Shown here: positions 58,547 through 64,000 of the stretch, one piece after another | How positions within the stretch are numbered: the first letter of the stretch is position 1 | How the letters are laid out: the number at the start of each line of letters is the position of its first letter | Assembly (NCBI GenBank): GCA_963812015.1 | Contig: CAWETI010000003.1 | Coordinates: 512,001 to 576,000, forward strand | Direction: 5' to 3' | Source of the DNA: an uncultured delta proteobacterium | GTDB lineage: Bacteria; Desulfobacterota; Desulfobaccia; Desulfobaccales; 0-14-0-80-60-11 | Length of the DNA stretch: 64,000 nt | Position numbers and translations under genes: made by a program | The notes under the pieces: model-generated | Told to the model about the DNA's origin: nothing | Seen by the model: only the letters and a program-made list of their open reading frames with translations | The model's database searches: none

Positions 58547-58939
58547 TTGCCGGTGCTCCGCCCCTGTCCTGAACCCAACCATAGAGGGGCCGCCCGTTTC
58601 ACCAAGGCGGAGCGGCTCCGCCATCGCCAAGACTTCCTCCGGGCCCAGGCCCAGGGCAAGCGGCTCTATACGCGCCATTTCGGCTTGGTTCTTGCTCCGA
58701 TGGAGGCGGGCAGTCCCCGTCTGGGACTGGTGGTGACCAAACGCCTGGGGAAAGCGGTGCAGCGCAATCGCGTCAAACGCTTGCTCCGGGAATTTTTTCG
58801 CCGCCACAAAACCGGATTGCCCGCCGTCGACTTGGTCATCATGGCCAAGAAGGGGGCTGCGGCTCTGGGGTATCGTCAGGTCGAAGAGGAGTTGGGCCGG
58901 TTGCTGTTCTCCCGGGCCAGGAAGAGAACTCATGACTAA
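58547..58939 (+). CDS. rnpA: Ribonuclease P protein component
   Basis: RLGLVVTKRLGKAVQRNRVKRLLREFFR. Confidence 0.93.
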   Translation: MPVLRPCPEPNHRGAARFTKAERLRHRQDFLRAQAQGKRLYTRHFGLVLAPMEAGSPRLGLVVTKRLGKAVQRNRVKRLLREFFRRHKTGLPAVDLVIMAKKGAAALGYRQVEEELGRLLFSRARKRTHD

Positions 58940-59141
58940 AGTGGCCCTCCTGATAATCCGCGCATATCAGGTGCTGATCTCGCCTCTGTTTCCCAGCAGT
59001 TGCCGGTTTGCTCCGACGTGTTCCCAGTACGCCGCCGAGGCCTTGAGCCGTCACGGCGTCTGGCGCGGCCTCGGGTTAACCATCAGGCGTCTCTGTCGCT
59101 GCCACCCTTTCCATCCCGGAGGGTGGGACCCGGTACCTTAG
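58932..59141 (+). CDS. yidD: Membrane protein insertion efficiency factor
   Basis: YQVLISP...CRFAPTCSQY...RCHPFHPGG. Confidence 0.95.
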   Translation: MTKVALLIIRAYQVLISPLFPSSCRFAPTCSQYAAEALSRHGVWRGLGLTIRRLCRCHPFHPGGWDPVP

Positions 59142-59150
59142 GAGTTTCTT

Positions 59151-60836
59151 ATGGAAAGAAGGGCCTTGATTGCCCTGGCCTTAAGTTTTGTAGTGTTCAT
59201 GGCGTTCATCTATTACGGGGAAAAGACGAAGCGCCCCGTGGCGCCTGGACCGACCACTCAGACTGCGACCCAGCCGGCGGCCCCGGCCCCGGCCCCGGCG
59301 CCATCTCCGGTAGCGGCGCGGCCCACCCCGCCGCCCAAGGCTCCAGGGAGCCGTCCCGCCAAAGACGTGGTGGTGGACACCCCCTTGTTCAAGGCGGTAT
59401 TCACCGAGCTGGGAGCCCGGCTCAAGAGCTTCCAGTTGAAGAGGTATAAGGACCGCATGCCCTTTGCGCCCATCTCTCAACTTAAATTGGGGCCGGTGTC
59501 CTTTGAGCTGGAGCGCTACCTCAACCCGGAAAAGGCCGGAATCACACCCAAGGATTTGGTCCGGGAGGGCGGCGGCAATGAGTTGCCGCTGACCGTGAGT
59601 TGGGAAGGGAAAACCCTCAACCTCCCCGGGATGGAACTGAGTCAGGCCTCCACCTCGGCCCTGACCCTCAGCGCCGGGGAAAAGGGCACGGTCAAATTTA
59701 CCAGCGTCAGTCCCGAGGGCCTGACCTTGGTTAAGACGTACACCTTCAAAGGCGACAGTTACGGCTTCGACCTGGCGGTCCAGGTGACCAACCACACCGG
59801 CCAGTCACTGGATGGCCAAGTCAACCTGGACCTGAGCGAGAATTTTGCCGGGGAAGAAGCCAACCGCTTTCATTTCCTGGGGTTCAACGGCTCCATCAAT
59901 AATAAGCTTGAAGACATCAAAAGCGGCGGCCTCAAGGAATCCAAGACCTTTACCGGCCAAGTGCAGTGGGCCGGGTTGGACGAAGGTTACTTCATGACGG
60001 TCATGGTCCCCGAGTCGGCCAAGGCCTGGGTTACCCTGAACGAGCCACCGAAAGCGCCCATGGTGGCCAGCCTCAGGAACCCCGTGGAGGCCCTGGCGCC
60101 GGGACAGGCGACCCAGTTTTCCTACGTCCTCTATTTCGGCCCGAAAAACCTGGACGATCTCAAGACCCTGGGCCTGGAAAAGGCGGTCAACTTCGGCTGG
60201 TTTGACGTGCTGGGAAAACCGCTCCTGCACTTGTTGAATTGGCTGCACCGCTATTCCTTCAACTATGGTTGGGCCATTGTCATCCTGACCATCCTGCTCC
60301 GGATCGTTTTCTGGTATCCCAACCACAAGAGCTACAAGTCCATGAAGGACATGCAGAAGCTCCAGCCCAAGGTGGCCAAGATCCGGGAAAAGTATAAGGA
60401 TGACAAAGAGCTCATGAACAAGGAACTCATGGCCCTGTACAAGACCTTCAAGGTCAATCCCATGGCCGGGTGCCTGCCCATGGTGATACAACTACCGGTA
60501 TTCATCGCCCTCTATAACGTGTTGGGGTATGCCATCGAACTGCGCCATGCCAGCTTTATCCCCACCCTGCCGTTTACCGACATCGTATGGCTGGCGGATC
60601 TGTCCGCCAAAGACCCCTTGCTCATCACCCCCCTGGTTATGGGGGCCACCATGTTCCTCCAGCAAAAGATGACGCCGTCCGCCGGCGATCCCACCCAGGC
60701 CAAGATGATGATGTTTTTGCCCTTGATTTTTACGTTTATGTTTCTGAATTTCGCTTCGGGTCTGGTAGTCTATTGGCTGATGAACAACGTTCTGTCCATC
60801 GCCCAGCAGCACTATACCAATAAGTACCTTACCTAG
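59151..60836 (+). CDS. yidC: Membrane protein insertase YidC
   Basis: N-terminal TM, YFGPK, NYGWAIVILT, GCLPMVIQLP, WLADLS..DP, GLVVYW. Confidence 0.96.
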   Translation: MERRALIALALSFVVFMAFIYYGEKTKRPVAPGPTTQTATQPAAPAPAPAPSPVAARPTPPPKAPGSRPAKDVVVDTPLFKAVFTELGARLKSFQLKRYKDRMPFAPISQLKLGPVSFELERYLNPEKAGITPKDLVREGGGNELPLTVSWEGKTLNLPGMELSQASTSALTLSAGEKGTVKFTSVSPEGLTLVKTYTFKGDSYGFDLAVQVTNHTGQSLDGQVNLDLSENFAGEEANRFHFLGFNGSINNKLEDIKSGGLKESKTFTGQVQWAGLDEGYFMTVMVPESAKAWVTLNEPPKAPMVASLRNPVEALAPGQATQFSYVLYFGPKNLDDLKTLGLEKAVNFGWFDVLGKPLLHLLNWLHRYSFNYGWAIVILTILLRIVFWYPNHKSYKSMKDMQKLQPKVAKIREKYKDDKELMNKELMALYKTFKVNPMAGCLPMVIQLPVFIALYNVLGYAIELRHASFIPTLPFTDIVWLADLSAKDPLLITPLVMGATMFLQQKMTPSAGDPTQAKMMMFLPLIFTFMFLNFASGLVVYWLMNNVLSIAQQHYTNKYLT

Positions 60837-60851
60837 TCCTCAGGGGAAGTA

Positions 60852-61520
60852 TTGATGGAGTTTCTGGAGTTTGAAGGTAAGACTACCGAAGAGGCCATCG
60901 AAAGCGCCTGCGCCCATTTCCAGGTTCCTGCCGAACAGTTGGAGATGGAGATTTTATCGGTGGGATCCCCCGGAATTTTTGGCCTGGGGGGTCGGAAGGC
61001 CAGGATTCGCGCCGCTGTGGCGCAAGAGCCGGAGGATGATCTGCTGCCCCTGGCCCGGGAAATCCTGGAGCAGCTCCTGGTGAAGATGCAAGAGCCGGGC
61101 AGCGTAACCGCCACTCAGGAAGAAGACCGGATCAACCTGCTCATTGAAACCGCCGACGCCGGTCTGCTCATCGGCAAGCAAGGCCAGACCCTGGACGCCC
61201 TGCAGTATCTCGTCACCAAGATGCTGGCGAAGCAAACCCGGGGCAAGGTCAGGATTGCCATTGACGTAGAAGCCTACCGGGCCCGCCACAATGAGGCCCT
61301 GGCCCTGCTGGCCTGCAAATATGGCGAGAAGGTCAAACGCAGCGGCAAATCCGTCACCCTGAATCCCATGAATCCCTATGATCGCCGCATCGTCCACATG
61401 GCCCTCCAGGGTGACAAGGATGTAAAGACCGTCAGCCGGGGGGAAGGCCTCTACAAAAAGGTGGTCATTTCACCGGTCAGAAAGAAGGCAGGCCAGGAGG
61501 ATGCAGCCGGCCCGGCATGA
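60852..61520 (+). CDS. jag: Jag/EloR (KhpB) RNA-binding protein
   Basis: Jag_N (GKTTEEAI), KH (LIGKQGQTLDALQYL), R3H (RRIVH). Confidence 0.92.
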   Translation: MMEFLEFEGKTTEEAIESACAHFQVPAEQLEMEILSVGSPGIFGLGGRKARIRAAVAQEPEDDLLPLAREILEQLLVKMQEPGSVTATQEEDRINLLIETADAGLLIGKQGQTLDALQYLVTKMLAKQTRGKVRIAIDVEAYRARHNEALALLACKYGEKVKRSGKSVTLNPMNPYDRRIVHMALQGDKDVKTVSRGEGLYKKVVISPVRKKAGQEDAAGPA

Positions 61521-62899
61521 TCTCCCATGATACGGCCGATACGATTGCGGCTATATCCACTCCCCTCGGCGAGGCGGGGATCGGCATCGTCCGGCTGAGC
61601 GGCCCGACGGCCGAGGCCATCGCCCGCCGCCTGTTTCGCCCCCATCGCCCCCGTCCTTCGTTATGCTCCCACCGGCTCTATCTGGGCCACATCGTTGACC
61701 CCCAGGGTGAAATCATTGATGAGGTCATGGTCAGCCTCATGCGGGCGCCCCATACCTATACCCGGGACGACGTGGTGGAGATTAACTGCCATTCGGGCTA
61801 TGGGGTCTTGCGGCGTATCCTGGACCTGGCCCTGGCGGCCGGGGCGCGCCTGGCCCGCCCGGGGGAGTTCACCTTGAGGGCGTACCTTTCCGGGCGCATC
61901 GATTTGACCCAGGCGGAGGCCGTGCTGGAGGTCATCCAAGCCCGGACCGAAACTCACCTCCAGGTGGCGGCGGAGCACTTGCACGGCGGTCTGGGACGTC
62001 GGCTCCGCCAGGTGCGGCAAGACCTCCTGGACCTTTTGGCCCGGGTGGAGGCCGCCCTGGATTTTCCGGAAGAAGCCGGGGAATTGTCCGGCGCCGCCAT
62101 CCAGGCGAGTCTGGGGGTGCAGCAGGATTGTCTTCAGAATCTGGCCGAGACCTATGAAGCCGGGCGGCTGCTGCGGGAAGGACTGCTGGTGGTGATCGCC
62201 GGGCGCCCCAATGTGGGGAAATCCAGCCTGTTAAACCGCCTTCTGGACATGGAGCGGGCCATCGTCACCGAGATCCCCGGCACTACCCGGGATCTCGTGG
62301 AGGAGTCCATCACCCTGGGAGGCGTGATGGTGCGGTTCAGCGATACCGCGGGCCTCCGCCCGGCCCAGGACCGGGTGGAGGAGTTGGGCATCGCCCGCAC
62401 CCGGGAGCGCTTGCAGCAGGCGGATCTGGTCCTCTACCTGGTGGACGGCAGCGCCCCCCGGGCGGCGGAAGATGACGCGGCCCTGGCGGAACTGGCGGGG
62501 CGCCGGGGCCTGCTGGTGGTTAATAAGATTGACCTGCCCCAGGGCGTGGCCGACGGTGAGTTGTCGGGATTAACCGCCTGGCCTCTGACCAAAATCTCCG
62601 CCAAGACCGGCCAGGGCATAGAGACTTTGCGGGAAGCCATCGTGGCCCAGGCCCTGGGCGGCGGTCTCAAGGTGGAGGGGGAGGTCATCACCCAGGCCCG
62701 GCACCACCAGCATCTCGGGCAATGCCTATCGTATCTGGGCCAATCCCAAGGATTGCTGGCCACTTATGAAAATCCCCCCTGGGAACTGGTGGCCCTGGAA
62801 CTCGGCGCGGCCATTCATGAACTGGGGGAGATCACCGGGGAGGAAGTGGGGGAGGCCATCCTGGACCGCATCTTCGGCCAGTTCTGTTTGGGAAAATAA
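61517..62899 (+). CDS. mnmE: tRNA modification GTPase MnmE
   Basis: DTIAAISTP, PGEFTLRA, GRPNVGKSSL, PGTTRD, DTAG, NKID, FCLGK. Confidence 0.97.
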   Translation: MISHDTADTIAAISTPLGEAGIGIVRLSGPTAEAIARRLFRPHRPRPSLCSHRLYLGHIVDPQGEIIDEVMVSLMRAPHTYTRDDVVEINCHSGYGVLRRILDLALAAGARLARPGEFTLRAYLSGRIDLTQAEAVLEVIQARTETHLQVAAEHLHGGLGRRLRQVRQDLLDLLARVEAALDFPEEAGELSGAAIQASLGVQQDCLQNLAETYEAGRLLREGLLVVIAGRPNVGKSSLLNRLLDMERAIVTEIPGTTRDLVEESITLGGVMVRFSDTAGLRPAQDRVEELGIARTRERLQQADLVLYLVDGSAPRAAEDDAALAELAGRRGLLVVNKIDLPQGVADGELSGLTAWPLTKISAKTGQGIETLREAIVAQALGGGLKVEGEVITQARHHQHLGQCLSYLGQSQGLLATYENPPWELVALELGAAIHELGEITGEEVGEAILDRIFGQFCLGK

Positions 62900-62900
62900 A

Positions 62901-63018
62901 TTGGGGGAGGGGGCTAGGGGCAGAAGGCCCCTACCCCTTCCCCCAAACCCCCATCCCCAACCCCTTACAGGGGGTTGGGAGGGGAGGGCGGGGGACTTGC
63001 CGTCCCCCGGTCCTCCCC
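62901..63018. repeat. G/C-rich tripartite hairpin repeat, full-length copy
   Basis: Core CCCCAACCCCTTACAGGGGGTTGGGAGGGGAG is the near-exact inverse of the 48209 copy. Confidence 0.7.
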
Positions 63019-63042
63019 ACACATCTCGTCAAGAAAGGCATC

Positions 63043-63717
63043 ATGGTGCCCGAAACCCCGGAAACCGATCCCCTGGCCCTGCTGACGGAAGGCGCCGCCG
63101 CCCTGGGCCTGGAACTGGCTCCCGCCACGCTGGAGCAGTTCCAGGTCTACCTGACCGAGCTCAAGCTCTGGAACGCCAAGATCAATTTAACCGGGCTGAA
63201 GACCGACCGGGACATCGTTATCAAGCACTTCCTGGACTCGTTGGCGGTGCTGCCGTTTTTGGCCGCCGCCGCCTCCCTCATGGACCTGGGCAGCGGGGCC
63301 GGCTTCCCGGGGCTGGTGTTAAAGCTGGCCCGGCCCCAGGTGGCCCTTACCCTGGTGGAGGCCCGCCAGAAAAAGGCCGCGTTTCTGGAATACCTGGCCT
63401 CCCGTTTCCGGTTGACCGGGGTGGAGGTGGTCCAGACCCACCTGACCCCCTCCCTGGCCCGGCAGTGGCAGCCGAAGGTCGCGGCGGTGGTGTCCCGGGC
63501 CGCCCTCATCCTCCCCCGCTTGCTGGAGGTGGCCTCGCCGTTGCTGGCCCCGGGGGGGGTGGTGCTGGCCCTGAAAGGGGCGCATTTGGCCGGGATTGAA
63601 CTGGAAACCGCTAAGTCCGCCTGTCCGCTGCTGGGCCTGGATCCCCTGGAACAGCACCAATACTACCTGCCCATCAGCGGCGAGCCCCGACTCCTGGTCA
63701 TGGCCCGCAAGCAGTGA
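63043..63717 (+). CDS. rsmG: 16S rRNA m7G527 methyltransferase
   Basis: WNAKINLTG, KHFLDSL, DLGSGAGFPG, KKAAFL, SRA, LKG. Confidence 0.95.
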   Translation: MVPETPETDPLALLTEGAAALGLELAPATLEQFQVYLTELKLWNAKINLTGLKTDRDIVIKHFLDSLAVLPFLAAAASLMDLGSGAGFPGLVLKLARPQVALTLVEARQKKAAFLEYLASRFRLTGVEVVQTHLTPSLARQWQPKVAAVVSRAALILPRLLEVASPLLAPGGVVLALKGAHLAGIELETAKSACPLLGLDPLEQHQYYLPISGEPRLLVMARKQ

Positions 63718-63805
63718 GGCAAAACTGCATGGGCGCGGCGTCGAAAATTATCTTGCCTTCCCCGGGGTGACTTTATACCCTGTAATTGGGTATAATAGCA
63801 TTAAG

Positions 63806-64000
63806 TCAGCCATACAGGCAGGTCCGGCAGGTTCGGTTGACCGGCGATGAAATTGCATCCCCCCAAGATAAAACCGTTCTTCGTGACCACCCGGGATAGG
63901 GGATAGATGGCTCCGTAGGAGGGACCACCCGACGGGTGGCCTCCACTGACTCGTAACCGTAACCATACCGGAACATTATGTCTTTCATTTCCTGGCAGTA
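63806..64000 (-). CDS. Possible 3' end of a CDS entering from beyond the window, read through a REP-like palindrome at 63915-63946
   Basis: Open frame YCQEMKDIMFRYGYGY... to the window edge; product not assignable. Confidence 0.3.
   Translation of the reverse strand, partial: YCQEMKDIMFRYGYGYESVEATRRVVPPTEPSIPYPGWSRRTVLSWGDAISSPVNRTCRTCLYG

Overview
Mostly GC-rich core chromosome of an anaerobic, probably sulfate/sulfite-reducing Desulfobacterota ('Deltaproteobacteria') bacterium. This is inferred from a two-Cys DsrC, CooS, KorAB and overall gene content; Desulfobacca-like is only a guess. Housekeeping genes: radC, addAB-like helicase/nuclease pair, ftsH, ruvB, murI, rarA, dnaJ, korAB, thiC, hxlB/hxlA, pcm, mreBCD-mrdA and rpmH-rnpA-yidD-yidC-jag-mnmE-rsmG. 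The best candidate for an undescribed system is a lower-GC four-gene minus-strand cassette at about 10.1-16.1 kb. It encodes a DUF7019/SAVMC3_10250-like protein, a split-CxxC putative Zn protein, a membrane-anchored MORN + Ser/Thr kinase + TPR protein, and a degenerate helicase-like domain fused to a 7-blade WD40 propeller. The kinase frame continues 60 codons past a TGA that sits inside a TPR. Other oddities: TatA and TatB with zinc ribbons (TatB also fused to a GNAT acetyltransferase), a HEPN + BrnTA islet, Rex/HcpR-like boxes on the dsrC and korA promoters, and small ORFs below the track cutoff. Intergenic spacers hold many small mobile-element relics: a RAYT transposase stump between inverted REPs, three MITE-like shells each carrying a different palindrome family, a group II intron 3' remnant, a possible IS605 right-end remnant and a G/C-rich post-stop repeat family. 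I saw no tRNA, rRNA, CRISPR array, integrase or intact transposase. All family calls come from reading motifs by eye; no searches were run.
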